Source of the DNA: Chiloscyllium plagiosum
Lineage: Eukaryota
Assembly: GCF_004010195.1 (NCBI RefSeq)
Contig: NC_057746.1
Coordinates: 33,192,074-33,227,673 of the forward strand
DNA length: 35,600 nucleotides
Direction of reading: 5' to 3'
In this document: positions 21,633-34,500 of the stretch, in pieces
Layout: every line of letters begins with the position of its first letter
Numbering within the stretch: position 1 is the stretch's first letter
Made by a program: the position numbers and the translations under genes
Notes under the pieces: generated by a model
Seen by the model: the letters and a program-made list of their open reading frames with translations, nothing else
The model's database searches: none
Told to the model about the DNA's origin: nothing

Positions 21633-22439
21633 GAGCTGCCAGAGTAAAGAATTTTTATGAGTGAGACAGAAAATGGATTTCGGGTGAGGAACACCTTTGT
21701 GATCATTATATCACCCTCTGATAATTAATCTGCTGGCCACATTACAAATGCACCCTTCCTCAAAGATCAGGTCCAGGCAAGGGTCAGGAGCAGATATTAT
21801 GTCACAAGGTGTCCAAATTCTGGAGCTCACAATTCTTATTTTATTCATTCGTGGGATGTGGGTGTCACTGGCTAGGCCAGCATTGGGAATGGAGACATAT
21901 ATAGACCAGGTAAGGACAGCAGTTGTCCATCTCTAAAGCAAATTAATGAACTAGATGGGTTTCTGCAACAATCAACAGCCATTACTAAATTTTTCACTAT
22001 CTGCCCAGAACATCAAGCCCTGACCTTAACACAGGAGTCTGGAATACCAATGTGGTGATATTCTACCACCTTAACAGTATACTTGGGTTTGGAAGGTGCT
22101 GTCTAAAGAGCCTTGGTGAATTTCTACAGTGCAAGTTGTAGATGGTACATTCTGTGGCTCAGCGTTGGGATGAAGGGAGTGGATGCATTTGGGTGCGGTG
22201 CCAATCCCGTGGGCAGCTCTCTCCTGAATGGTGTCAAGCTTCTTGAGTGTTGATTGAGCTGTATTCCAATGCTTTGTGACCTCCACAGTGAATACTGTGA
22301 CCGATATGAGGAGTTTTGGGGGAGGGACCATGAGAAGCAGGAAGAAATATGTCCAACCAGAATTGGCAACATTGTTGCCAGTTTACTTGTGTTGTTTGAG
22401 ACAGTAGGTGCTGATGCACAATACAGCAACATCAACTGC

Positions 22440-22700
22440 AAGAGGCAGAGAGGAGACACAGTCGAGAGGTGGGGAAGTGGGAGGGGAGAATAGAGAGGAG
22501 GTGAGGTGCTAAAACCTTGAGGAGGAGAGGTAGGGAAGAGGGAGAGGGGGAATAGAGGAGAGGTTGTGCAGAGAGGGAAAGGGGTATTGAGAGGGACAGA
22601 GAAGAGGCGGGGAAGAGGGAAAGGGGATAGAGAAGAGGAGTGGTGGGGAAGAGGGGGATAGAGAGGAGAAGTGAGGGAGAGGGAGTTAGAGAGGCGGGAA
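22440..22700 (+). repeat. Polypurine (GA-rich) low-complexity tract just upstream of the TRIM ATG
   Basis: About 260 nt that are almost all G/A, with recurring GGGGAAGAGGG / ATAGAGAGGAG units. Confidence 0.85.
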
Positions 22701-22761
22701 CTTGGGGGTGCTCACTCAGGAGAGGTGCTCAGTGGGGGCAGGGAAACCCTGAAGCTGGGAG

Positions 22762-23214
22762 ATGGCATCGAAAGAGCAGGCAGAGAGCCTGAGCAAGTAC
22801 CTGCGGTGTGGCCTGTGCCGGGAGCTGTTCCAACAGCCAGTCATCCTGGAGTGCGGCCACAACTTCTGTCGGGGCTGCATCCAGAGCGAGTGGGAGAAGG
22901 TAGAAGGGGGAGGCTGCTGTCCGGAGTGTCTGACTCTGTCCCAAGGCAGTCACCTCAAACTCAACAGGGCCCTAGCTAACCTGGCCGACAGGCTGAGGAA
23001 CCTGAAGCCGGCTCGAGAGCGCACTCCTTGGGCAGAGCCTCCGGGGGGAGAGCCTGGCTTCGGCCTCTATTGCAGTGAGCACCGGGAGGAACTGAAACTG
23101 TTCTGTGAGACTGACCGCCAGCTGATCTGTGTGATGTGCCTGGATGGCAGAGGGGGTCACAGCCACAAGTTCCATGACTTCATGCTCATCCATGAAGCTG
23201 TCATCAAATACAAG
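22762..23214 (+). CDS. TRIM exon: RING and B-box2
   Basis: C3HC4 RING: CGLC..ECGHNFCRGC..CPEC. B-box: CSEHREELKLFCETDRQLICVMC..H..H. Donor AAG|GTAAAG. Confidence 0.95.
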
Positions 23215-26200
23215 GTAAAGGGCAAGTAAAAAACTGGGTTCTCAGTACAGTCAGAGCGAGTCTAACTCGGGCAGATTTCTCACCGAATTGAGAATGCCTT
23301 TCTGAGGGAGAGGGCCATTCAGCATTCGAGAGTGTGGTGCTGGAAAAGCACAGCAGGTTAGGCAGCATATGAGGAGCAGGAGAGTCAGTGTTTCGGGCAT
23401 TAGCGTTTCATTAGGAATGCCATTCAGCATTGCCCACGTTAACTTTAATTGGTGCGTTCAGATTGCCCTCCTGCCCCTAGGCCAGGAGCTCCAGATACAG
23501 CTCCCACCCCTCAGACTTGAAGGTGTTGTCCATCGCACCCGTTCCCGGTGGGTAGGTTATCACTTGTGGCACAGTAGTAGTGTTCGTAACTCTGGACCAG
23601 GAGGCCTGGGTTAAAATCCCACCTGCTCCAAAGGTGTACCATGATGTCCGGGTGGTGGTAAACTTTGTAACTCCCTCTGTCACTTTGCCAGCATTGGGTG
23701 ATGCGCGGGAGAGAGATTCCCAGTGGACTGGGGTGGACAGGATGGGACAAAGCTCATGGCTCTCTTCCCCCTTTGCACAGCCCTATCCAGAACTCCAGTC
23801 CACAAGTGAAAGTGGATGTTACTCTGACCACTGAGAATTGCTAGTAAATTGAACCAGGAGCATGAATAAGCTGCTTGGCCCTTTGAGACTAATCCGCTAT
23901 TCAGCAAGATCATGACTGATCTGATCTTAACCTTAACTCTACACTTCTCCCAACTCTCCCCCCACAATAATCTTTCATCCCTGCAGCCCTGCCTATGATA
24001 TCAGCCTGAATCTCCCCTCCAATCTCCACCCCATACAAATAAACATTTCTCGAAAAAAGGCTGTTTTCACCTTGTTTTGAGAGAAGGCTGAGCAGGGATC
24101 TGATTGAAGTGTAGAAGATTATGCGAAGCATGGACAGGGTGGATAGAAAGCAGCTGCTCCTCTTAGAAGATGGTTCAGTAGCAAATGGCCAAGTTTTAAG
24201 ATGAAAAGTGGGAGATTTAAAGACAATTTGAGGAAAAATATTTTCACCCAGAGAATGGTGGGGCCTGGAATGTGCTGCCGAGGAGACTAGTTTTAGTGAA
24301 AATCCTCACAATCTTTAAAAACTGCTTGGTGTGCAATATAAATGTCGTAACATTCAAGGCTACAGGCCTGCAAGATGGGATTATTGTGAATAGGTTGGTG
24401 CAGATTTGATGGTGTGTTGCTGTGCTTTGTGATTCTATGTCTCTATGATCCTAGGAAAGACTGAAAACATCCCTGGACAACCTGAGACAGAAAATCATCA
24501 TCCTAGAAGCAAAGTTGAAAGAGAAACAGGGCATTTCGGAAATTGGAGTAAGTTCACTTGCACTCTCCTTGCACTCTCCATCTGTCCCCCAACTCCATAA
24601 CCTGCTGTCCCAGCACTACACTCTACCTGCTTTGTTGTGTTGCTCTGTTCCTGCAGGAGAAATCAGCCAGCCTGCAGAACCTTATCTCTTCCGAATTCGC
24701 TAAAATGCACCAGTTCCTGAACAGGAGAGAAGAGAGTTTGATTCGGGAGCTGAAGGACCATGAAGACAACCTTTCAGGAGTGATGGAAAAGAACCTTCAA
24801 GAGATAAAAAATCATTTAGATTCTGTTCAGCGAAAACTGTCGCGATTGCACACGAAAATGGACCAGCGAGCATCAGTCCACTTCTTGGAGGTACCAGGGG
24901 GGTCGTAGGGAGTGGGGAAGTATCTGTAAGGTTTAAAATCCTAACAGCTTCAAAATGCTCAATGAAATTTGGAAACTTTGTGATTTTGTTTGTGTAGTAC
25001 AGAGAAACATGATCTTTGTTTATTGAGTGCACTGCCCGAGAGTGTGGTGGAGACGGCAGCTTCAGGTGAGACATTCAGAAGGGACTGAGGCTGCAAGGGA
25101 AGAATGTGCAGGGTTACGGGGAGAAGGCAGGGGGATGGTACTGAGTGAGAAGCTCATTCAGACAGTGGGCTGAATGGTCTCATTCGATGTGAATATGATT
25201 CAGGAAAAAAATATCAAGTTGCCAAAACAAAATGTGTGAAACAATTCCTCCAATGGATTTTGAGGTTACCTGCCCTCTCAAACATCATTCATCAATGGTT
25301 AATAAATACAATTCTCTCTAAACATCTCCATGACAGCCACAGTTATAACCATAACGTTCTGTGCCAAGCACATTATGTCATCGGTCTGTCTTAGGATGTT
25401 GGCAGGAACACATCTCAGGAACAGGTGGGACTTGAACCCTGGTCTCCCTGTTCAGGGTTATAGATACCAGTTTTGTGCCACAAGAGCCCTCAGTGGCTTT
25501 GTATTTTTCCATAGAATCCATACAATGTGGAAACAGGCCCTTCGGCCCAACACGTCCACAACGACTCTCTGAAGAGTAACCCACCCAGACCCATTCCCTC
25601 CCCTATATTTACACCTGACTAATGCACCTAGCCTACACATCCCTGAACACAATGGGCAATTTAGCATGGCCAATTCACCTAACCTGCACATTTTTGGATT
25701 GTGGGAGGAAACTGGTGCACCCGGAAGTAATCCACACAGACACAGAGAGAAGGTGCAAACCCCACACAGACAGTTGCCCGAAGCTGCAATCGAACCTGGG
25801 TCTTTGGCGCTGTGAGGCAGCAGTGCTAACCACTGAGCCACCGTGTCACCCAAATAACTCTGTGATTGTAATGTCACCCACCTGAACCTCGCTGAGATTG
25901 TGAATAGTGTTGAAGCTAATTTCCCAACTGAAGAGCATGGCCAGGAGAGTGGAACTAAGACTGGAATTGCACTAGCTGCGATTTTCGAAACAGTGGGGTC
26001 ACCTTGAAGGCCTGAATGCTTTTATGTAACAGAGCAGAATAGATAGCAGACTGGTTTTACACCCTGCCCAACATCGCATCATTTAGAGTTCACTGAGTAG
26101 AATGGGAAACAGGCCTTGCGCACTACTGTCTGATTGGTAGGCAAGGTTAAGATTGCTCCCTTAGTGGAGAAGGGATGACCTAGTTGAATGTTAATCCAGA

Positions 26201-29200
26201 GAACTGGTCATGTTCTGAGAACCCATGTTTAAATTCTACTACAGCAGATAAGTGGAATTTGAATTCAATTTTAAAAAATCTGGAATGAAGAGTCTAATAA
26301 TGACCATGGATCCATCACTGATTGTTGGAAAAACCCATCTGGTCCACTAATGTCCTTTCGGGAAAAAAACTGCCATCCTTACCTGGTCTGACTTAAAGGT
26401 GACACCAGACCCACAGCAATGTGGTTGACTCTTAACTGCCCTCTGGGCAATAAATGCTGGCCTAGCCAGCAACACCGTCATCCCATGAATGAATAAAAGT
26501 TTAATAACTATTGCAAAGTTATGTCTATACAGTGGACCGACCAGATGAAGAAATGGCAGTGTTGAGGTGGTTGCTGGAGCTGAAACTAAGACATTTATGT
26601 GCCAGTATCTTATGCATCATGTCAGAGACCCAGAAATGATTGTCCTTGTGTGAGCCCACACTGTCAAGCTCGACCCTGGAAGGATGTTATTCAGGCTAAA
26701 ATAAAGAGGCTGCAAAAGTGGGTTCTTGTGTCAACAGAAGTTCTAAGAACAGTGTCACTTCCTCAGTGAGGTTTTTCTTTGTGCCTTCGAACAGGATAAG
26801 GCCACTGAGCCTCATATCCGCTGGGCCATTCACTTCAAACACGGTTAATTAGTATCTTCACCCTGTTTACTCAACATAGCTCCATGCTGCCTGGTACTCT
26901 CACACAATAACATTTTGTCAACTCATCTTGAAATATCTAATTGGATCCACATCCTGTTGGGAGACAGAATTCCTGATTCCGATATAAGCTATACATGGGA
27001 AGTATTTGTGTCATCAAATTTAATGACGTAATTGCTCTCAGCTATTTTGGGATTCTATTCCATTCTGTCCTAACGTTTCATGAGTACTGTACAATACCCA
27101 GCTCAGATACCTCTTCTGTTTTATATTTAGGAAGAAGCTTGGGGACAAAAGAGGTATGGGAAATTCCTCACAGAAACTTTAAATATCTAGCAAAAATAAA
27201 ACTAATAGTCTTTAAAGTCACTCTGTAATGCAGATTAATACATTTCTATTGTTAGTGAAGACGGTCACCATATATTAATCAGTGGAAATCAGCCACTGGG
27301 ACTGTTCAAAGGACCATTACAGTACACAGTTTGGAGAGAAATGATCAGCACTATCTACCCAGGTAAGGAGATCTTCTTGAGTTTGAGAAGGAAAAAGACT
27401 TCAAACATGAACTATTATTATGTTATACACATTGCTATGCAGAGATCAGATATCGTTGCCTCTTTAATGTTGAACAATTTCCTTAGATATGTTCAATAGA
27501 TTTCTTTTAAACTGTCTCCCTACCTCCACTCATTATAGGAACTGCTGGACACAGCAACTTGTGTTGTAGAACAGAGAGTACATAATTCATTTAAATTTGC
27601 ATCACATATAGGTAGGGTGGTTAAGAAGATATTTAACATGCTTGCCATCACTGCCCTAACCCTAACTCTAACCCTATCACTGTCCTATGAGTATAGGGAT
27701 GGGGACATTATGTTGAGGCTGTACAGGATTTTGGTAAGGCCACTTCTGGAGTACTGTGTCCAATTCTGGTCTCCCAAGTAACAGGAAGGATGTTATTCAG
27801 CTGGAGAGGGTTCAGAAGAGATTTATTGACATGTTACTGGGAATGGAGAGTTTGAGTTATAACGAGAGGCTAGATAGGCTGGGACTTGTTTCAGTGGAGC
27901 ATAGAATGTTGAGAAGTGATCTGATAGAGGTTTATAAAATAATGAGGGATATAGATAAGGTGAATAGCAGTGTCTTTTTCTTAGGGCAGGGGATTTCAAG
28001 ACTAGAGGGCATATTTTTAAGGTTCGAGGAGAAAAATTTAAAGAAGGCATTGGGGCAGTTTTATTTGGACAGGGCGGTTTATATGTGGAATGAACTTCCA
28101 GAGGAAGTGATGGATTTGGGTCCAGTTATAACGTTTAAGAGACATTTAGATAAGTATATGAATAAGAAATGTTTGGAGGGAAATGGGCCAAGTGCAAGCA
28201 GGTGAGTCTGGTTTAGTTTGAGATTATGGTGGGCATGGGCTGGTTGGACCAAAGGGTCTGTTTCTGTGCTGTATGACTATAACTGAGAATCAGTCAATTC
28301 TGTAACAAGCCGTGAGTCCACATGTTGCAAATCTCTGTCTTGTTTTGATGATAATGGAATGACATTGGTGCTCTGTGTTTTTCTAAGCCTCAAGGTTATG
28401 CAATAGTTCATGTTGAATAGAAAGGAAATTTTCTTTTTGCCTTCATTGTAGCAGATACAAGGAGTGCCAGTATTGCAGCTCTTCAATAACGACTTGTTCT
28501 CCCAAACTCAATAACCATTAAAACCGATTAAAAATAAACATTGTTGGCTCGCAGAACGAAATGTGCTTGAGATGCAGCTGTAACCAAAGCAAGTGTCCAT
28601 GAAACACTTTTAGCCCATTCAGTCCCAGTGTAAACATCAATTTGTTGCTCCTTCTAGTTACATAGATGCATTAACAGTTCAGTGCTTGCATCAGTCGAGA
28701 TGATAACATTTGTTCAATGTTTTCTTGTTCTGTCCTCAAAATGGATATTAACGTTGCCCTCTGTTCTCCGAGTGTGAGCTGGGCCTTTCTCCAGTGTTGA
28801 TCTGGGTGGAGAAAATTAATAAACATAACTCCTCCAAAAAACTCATGGGAGAAATCAGTTAATGCTCAGTCAGGTGAAAGACTTGTGGAGGATTAGGAGC
28901 TTGTGTCAGATTCAATATTACTTTCCATTGTGAATGAAATTGGATGTTAAGGAAGAGCAAAAACATATCGGTCGTCATATTCTGCCACGTGCCTGAAACT
29001 TAATTCTGTAGGAGGTAGTGGAATAAAGTATCAGGTGGGGTGCATAATAGACGATGGATTCAATATGATTCCAGAGCTCTTATGGTTTCAGTGGTAGTGT
29101 CCTGTCTCTGAGCCAGGAAGCCTAGTTTCAAATCTCAACAGTATTATTAAAAATATCTGGAATAGGCTTTTAATGTGTCAGCAACCAGTTTTTCACCCTT

Positions 29201-31194
29201 CCTCCCCATTTGTATTTCCCATGAAAGAAAGTAGGACAAATGATAAAATCCCTATCTCTACAGCTTGGTTATAAAGGTTATCTCAGTCTTTAATCAGTGT
29301 TTCCTCTCTTATTGGTGACTCCCAAACAATGAAAATGTTTCGCTGTTAATCAAAATAAAACCTTCCCAAATCAATAACATTCCGTGCTGCATTTCTGAAA
29401 AACATGGAGAAGTAGAAAATAGGAGCAGGAGTAGGCCATTCGGCCCTATGATCATCCAACTCGACAGCCTGGTCCTGCTTCTCCCCCATAACCTTTGATC
29501 CCCGTGTACTTGAAGTAACTCCAAAAAGGCTGGTATCCACTCACCAAGTCACTCTTTATTTACACATGGACAGCCCTTGACACTGATCCAAGTCCCTCAG
29601 AACCAGCTCTCAGAGTGAACAGGATGTCTGACCCTCCTGTTTATATCTGTCAGGCAAGGCTCCCTGATTGTACCAGGTTAACAGCCCCAGTCAGGGAGCT
29701 CATATTCTGTGAGATCCAGCTGTCTGACCTTGTGCAGTCACTAGCAGTGCTATACACATTTCCTACTGGACATCATACAATAATTTGGCCTCACCTTCTT
29801 TCTGCAGTAGCAAATTCCACAGGCTCACCCTTCTCTGGGTGAAGATGTTTCTCCTCACCTGTACTCTGTATCCTCTGTATCCTCTGTATCCTCTGTTTAC
29901 TCTGTATCCTATGAGTGCTGATACTGGATTCCCCTGCCTTTCTTCACTGACCTACTATTGTCTGGGCCAGTTAGAATTTAATAGGTTTAGTTTTTCTGAA
30001 CTCCAGTGAATATAATCCTAACTGAGTTAACCTCTTTTCCAATGTCAGTCCTGCCATCCCAAGAAATTGGTAAACCTTCACTGTTCTCCCTCCATCGCCA
30101 AAACAATTTTCCTCAGATAAGGAAACCAAAACTGCACAGCATATTCCAAGTGTGGTCTCACCAAGACTCTGTACAACTGCAGCAAGACACACTTGCTCCT
30201 GAAAGACATCCCTGCTTTCCTTACAGAATTCCCAGTCTGTGAAGTTACTCTTCGTTCCTCTCTGGGATAATTTCAAGTCTTGGTGATCGGCGAGAGATTT
30301 CATTCAAAGTCTTTTTCTCACAGATTTATTGTGCAGTACAGAAGAGGCTCTTGGTCTATCGACTCAACACCAAGAGAAATCTACCCTAAATCTGCACCCA
30401 CTTTCCGATTCTTGGCCTATAGCCTTGAATATTATGATGTTTCAAGTGCTCATCCAAGTATTTTTGAAAGGTTGTGAGGTTTCTCTCCTCCAGTACTCTC
30501 CCAGTGCATTCAAGACCCCTAGACATCTCTGGGTGAACGTTTTTTAAACTATCAGTGACTGATGGAATTGTGTTGATAGGTAATAGCTGTTCTGTGATTA
30601 GATAATTCAAATGTCATTCTGTTTTTGTCTCTCTGTCTTCCAGCTCCAACCTGTTTGACTTTGGATCCCAATACTGCACATTCCTGGCTCATCCTGTCCG
30701 ATGATCTGACCAGCGTAAGATACGGAGATAGGGGACAGTCTCTCCCTGAGACACCCGAGAGGTTTTATCCCTGTGTGTGTGTACTGGCGTCGGAGGGATT
30801 CAACTCAGGCAAACACTACTGGGAGGTTGAGGTGGGAAACAGCGCTGAGTGGGATCTTGGAGTGGTGACGGAATCCATCAACAGGAAAGGAGATATCACG
30901 GCCATGCCAGAGGCTGGTTACTGGATCGTGTGGCTGAGGAGGAGTGAGTATAAAGCTGGCACATTTCCACGTACCCTCCTGACCGTGGACATCAAGCCCC
31001 GGAAGATCGGGGTCTACCTGAACTACGAGGAGGGGCAGGTGTCATTTTACAATGCAGACAACATGTTCCATCTCCACACCTTCATCGACATCTTCACTGA
31101 GAAACTTTACCCTTTCTTCAGTCCTTGCTTGAGTGGTCATGGGGAGAACACAGAACCACTCAAAATCTGCTCCATGAAAGGTCATTATCGGTGA
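22762..31194 (+). CDS. TRIM E3 ubiquitin ligase, RING-Bbox2-CC-PRY/SPRY (TRIM69/TRIM39/NF7/A33-like), 486 aa. Exons: 22762-23214, 24455-24547, 24657-24890, 27131-27153, 27256-27362, 30644-31194
   Basis: All introns GT-AG with phases 0,0,0,2,1. Exon lengths 453+93+234+23+107+551=1461 nt form an open frame. The exon-size pattern, including the 23-nt micro-exon, is typical of PRY/SPRY TRIMs. Orthology cannot be assigned by eye. Confidence 0.92.
23327..23418 (-). mobile_element. Short Penelope-like pLTR fragment with 13-bp target-site duplication
   Basis: Homologous to 12050-12140. GCCATTCAGCATT at 23314-23326 and 23419-23431. Confidence 0.75.
23565..23655 (+). mobile_element. Short degenerate tRNA-head SINE-like repeat (related copies at ~3670-3775 +, ~25370-25485 -, ~29085-29170 +)
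   Basis: Shared pattern GGCACAGTGGTAGTGTCCCTACCTCTGxxCCAGGAGGCCxGGGTTCAAxTCCCACCTGCTCC. Confidence 0.55.
24455..24547 (+). CDS. TRIM coiled-coil exon (93 nt)
   Basis: CTAG|GAAAGA...GGA|GTAAGT. Encodes ERLKTSLDNLRQKIIILEAKLKEKQGISEIG. Confidence 0.85.
24657..24890 (+). CDS. TRIM coiled-coil exon (234 nt)
   Basis: CTGCAG|GAG...GAG|GTACCA. Encodes ISSEFAKMHQFLNRREESLIRELK...VHFLE. Confidence 0.9.
25509..25851 (-). mobile_element. tRNA-derived SINE (HE1-like)
   Basis: Same head (B box GGTTCGATT), body and tail as the other copies. Confidence 0.9.
26185..26500 (+). mobile_element. Older SINE with LINE-derived tail (possibly Deu-domain/SacSINE1-like)
   Basis: Shares the GGGCAATAAATGCTGGCC..ATCCCATGAATGAATAAA tail with the LINE at 12420-13090. 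Family name from recall only. Confidence 0.5.
27131..27153 (+). CDS. TRIM 23-nt micro-exon
   Basis: TTTTATATTTAG|GAAGAAGCTTGGGGACAAAAGAG|GTATGG. Needed to keep the frame into the next exon. Confidence 0.8.
27256..27362 (+). CDS. TRIM linker exon
   Basis: Encodes ...PLGLFKGPLQYTVWREMISTIYP, a TRIM69/TRIM62-type linker motif. Donor CCAG|GTAAGG. Acceptor chosen because the alternative AG at 27233 gives a stop. Confidence 0.85.
27560..28280 (+). mobile_element. CR1 LINE 3' fragment
   Basis: LERVQKRF...LRSDLIEVYKIM...WNELPEEV...FKRHLDKYMN plus 3' UTR. Confidence 0.92.
29511..29746 (-). mobile_element. Solo LTR (236 bp) inserted in a degenerate minus-strand CR1 (~29400-30200)
   Basis: TG...CA ends. 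Flanks GTACT (29506-29510) / GTGCT (29747-29751). On the minus strand CAATCA, TATAAA (29645-29640) and AATAAA (29560-29555) occur in LTR order. Confidence 0.75.
30644..31194 (+). CDS. TRIM PRY/SPRY (B30.2) terminal exon
   Basis: Acceptor TCTCTGTCTTCCAG|. Motifs: LTLDPNTAH, GKHYWEVEV, WDLGV, KIGVYLNYEEGQVSFYNA, LYPFFSP. Confidence 0.97.
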
Positions 31195-31544
31195 AAAGTT
31201 CTTGTAGTTCATTTCTTTCTGTAAATACACAGTCACTGTTTCTGATACTGGCTTTTTTTTTCTCTTAATTTCAGATTTATTTCATTAATTGAATTTAAAT
31301 TCCACTGAACTGCCTATAATGGGATTTGAACAGATCTCTCTGGACTATTGACGACTAATCCGGTATCAAAGCCATTGCTATGCCCATTGCTGAGCTGGAT
31401 ATGAATCCCAGAACAAGACTTTGAAGAATATGTTGACCCCTCCTCACTGATTTCTGGCTCAGCTTACTTTCCCTTTTCCACCCGTCACAACAGGCTTATT
31501 AAAATTAAGGTTTGAAAAGGCCTTGGATGTTAAAAGCTTGACGA

Positions 31545-34500
31545 AATAACTGTACACAGGGCAATCTTACAGTGCTGAACACAGCAGAGTGTGACTGTAC
31601 ACAGGACTATATTACAGTGCTGAACACAGCAGATGGAGTATGACTGTACACAGGGCTACGTTACAGTGCTGAACACAGCAGAGTGTGACTGTACACAGGG
31701 CTATATTACAGTGCTAAACACAGCAGACAGAGTGTGACCGTACACAAGACTATGTTATAGTGCTGAACACAGCACACAGTGTATGACTGTACACAGGGCT
31801 ATATTACAGTGCTGAACACAGCAGATGGAGTATGACTGTACACAGGACTATATTACAGTGCTGAACACAGCAGACAGAGTGTGACTATACACGCGGCTAT
31901 ATTACAGTGCTGAACACAGCAGACAGAGTGTGACTGCATATTGGGCTATATTACAGTGCTGAACACAGAAGACAGAGTGTGACTGTACGTGGGGCTATAT
32001 TACAGTGCTGAACACAGCAGATGGAGTATGACTGCACATAGAGCTATATTACAGTGCTGAACACAACAGATGGAGTATTACTGTACACGGGGCTATATTA
32101 CAGTGCTGAACACAGTAGACAGAGTGTGACTGTACACGGGGCTATATTACAGTGCTGAACACAGCAGACAGAGTCTGCCTGTACATGGGGCTATATTACA
32201 GTGCTGAACACAGCAGACAGAGTGTGACTGTACACGGGGCTATATTACTGTGCTGAACACAGCAAACAGAGTGTGACTGTACACGGGGCTACATTGCTGA
32301 GTCAAACACAGCAGACGGAGAATGACTGTATACAGGGCTACATTACTGAGTCGAACACAGCAGACGGAGTATGACTGTACACAGGGCTATTTTACTGTGC
32401 CGAACACAATTGACAGAGTGTGGCTGTACACTGGGCGATTTACCGTGCTGAATACAGTGAACAGAGTAACTGTACATAGGGTGCTATTACTGTGCAGAAT
32501 ACTGTGGGCAGTGTGTGACTATACAGGGCGATATTACTGTGCTGAACACAATGGACAGTGTGTGACTGTACACAGGGCTATATTACTATTCTGAACTCAA
32601 TGGATAGAATGTGACTGTACACAGGGCTATATTACTGTCCTGAAAACAGTGTACAGTATGTGACTGCACACAGGGCTATATTACTGTGCCAAACACAATG
32701 GACAATGCGTGACTGACACAGAGCTATGTTACCATGCTGAACCCAATGGACAGTGTGTGACTGTACACAGGACTACATTACTGTGCTGAACACAATGAAC
32801 AGAGTGTGACTGTACACAGGGCTACATTACCATTTTGAACAAAGTGGACAGAGTGTGACAGTAAACAGGGCTATATTACTACACTGAACACAGTGGGTAG
32901 AGAGTGACTGTACACAGGGCCACGTTACCATGCTGAACACAATGGACAGAGTGAGACTGTACACATTTCTACATTACTGTGTGGAACACAATGGACATAC
33001 ACAGGCTATAATACCTTGTTAAACAAAGTAGACAGAGTTTACTGTAGACAGGGCTATATTACTATGCTGAACACAATGGACAGAGTGTGACTGTACATTG
33101 GGTCACATTACTGTGATGAACACAATGGACAGAGCATGACTGTGCACAGGGCTACATTACCGTGCTGAACATGGTGGGCAGAGTGTGACTGTCCACAGAT
33201 CTATATTACTGTACTGAACACAATAAACAGAGAGACACTATACACAGGGCTATAATACCGTGTTGAACAAAGTGGTCAGAGTGTGACTGTACACAGATCT
33301 ATATCACTGCACCGAACACAGTGGACAAAGTGTGACTGTACACAGGGCTATATTACTATACTGAACACAGCGGACAGTGTGACTGCACGCAGGGCGATAT
33401 TATTGTGCTGAACATAGTGGACAATGTGTGACTGTACACAGGGCTGTATTACTGTGCTGAACATAGTGGACCGAGTGTGACTGTACACAGGGCTACATTA
33501 TTGTGCTGAACACATGGACATCGTGTGACTGTGCACAGGGCTATAATTACCATGCTGAACACAGAGGACAGTGTGCAACTGTACACTGGGCTACAATACT
33601 GTGTTGAACAAAGTGGACAGAGTGTGACTGTACACAGGGCTATATTACTGCACTGAACACTGTGGACGGAGTGTGATTGTACACAGGGCTACGCTACGTG
33701 CTGAACACAATGGACAGTGTGTCTGTAGACAGGGCTGTATTACTATGCTGAATACAATGGACAGAGTGTGACTGTACATTGGGCTACATTGCGGTGCTGA
33801 ATACAATGGACAGAGTGTGACCGTATGCAGGGTGATATTACTGTCCTGTACACAATGGACAGTGTGTGACTACACAGCACAATATTACTGTGCTGAACAC
33901 AGTGGACAGAGTGTGACTGTACATGGGGCTATATTACTGTGTTGTACACAGTGGACAGAGTGTGACTGTACATCAGGTGATATTACCATGCCGAACACAG
34001 TGGACAGTGTGTGACGGTACACAGGGCTATATTACTGTGCTGAACACAGTGGACAGAGTGCGACTGTACACGGGGCTATATTACTGTGCTGAACACAGTG
34101 GACAGTGTGTGACTGTTCATAGGGCTATATTACTGTGTTGTACACAGTGGACAGAGTGTGACTGTACACCAGGTGATATTACCATGCCGAACACAGTGGA
34201 CAGAATGTGACTGTACACAGGGCTATATTACCACACTGAACACAGTGGAAAGAGTGTGACTGTACACATGGCTATATTACTGTGCTGAACACAGTGGACA
34301 GTGTGTGACTGTACATAGGGCTATATTATCATGCTGAACACAGTGGGCAGTGTGACTGTACGCAGGGCGATATTATTGTGCTGAACATAGTGGACAATGT
34401 GTGACTGTACACAGGGCTGTATTACTGTGCTGAACATAGTGGACCGATTGGGACTGTACACAGGGCTACATTACTGTGCTGAACACAATGGACAGAGCAT

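Noticed and set aside
27655-27675. Telomere-like CCCTAA repeats
   Set aside because: Only about three degenerate units inside a CR1 fragment; not a meaningful interstitial telomere.
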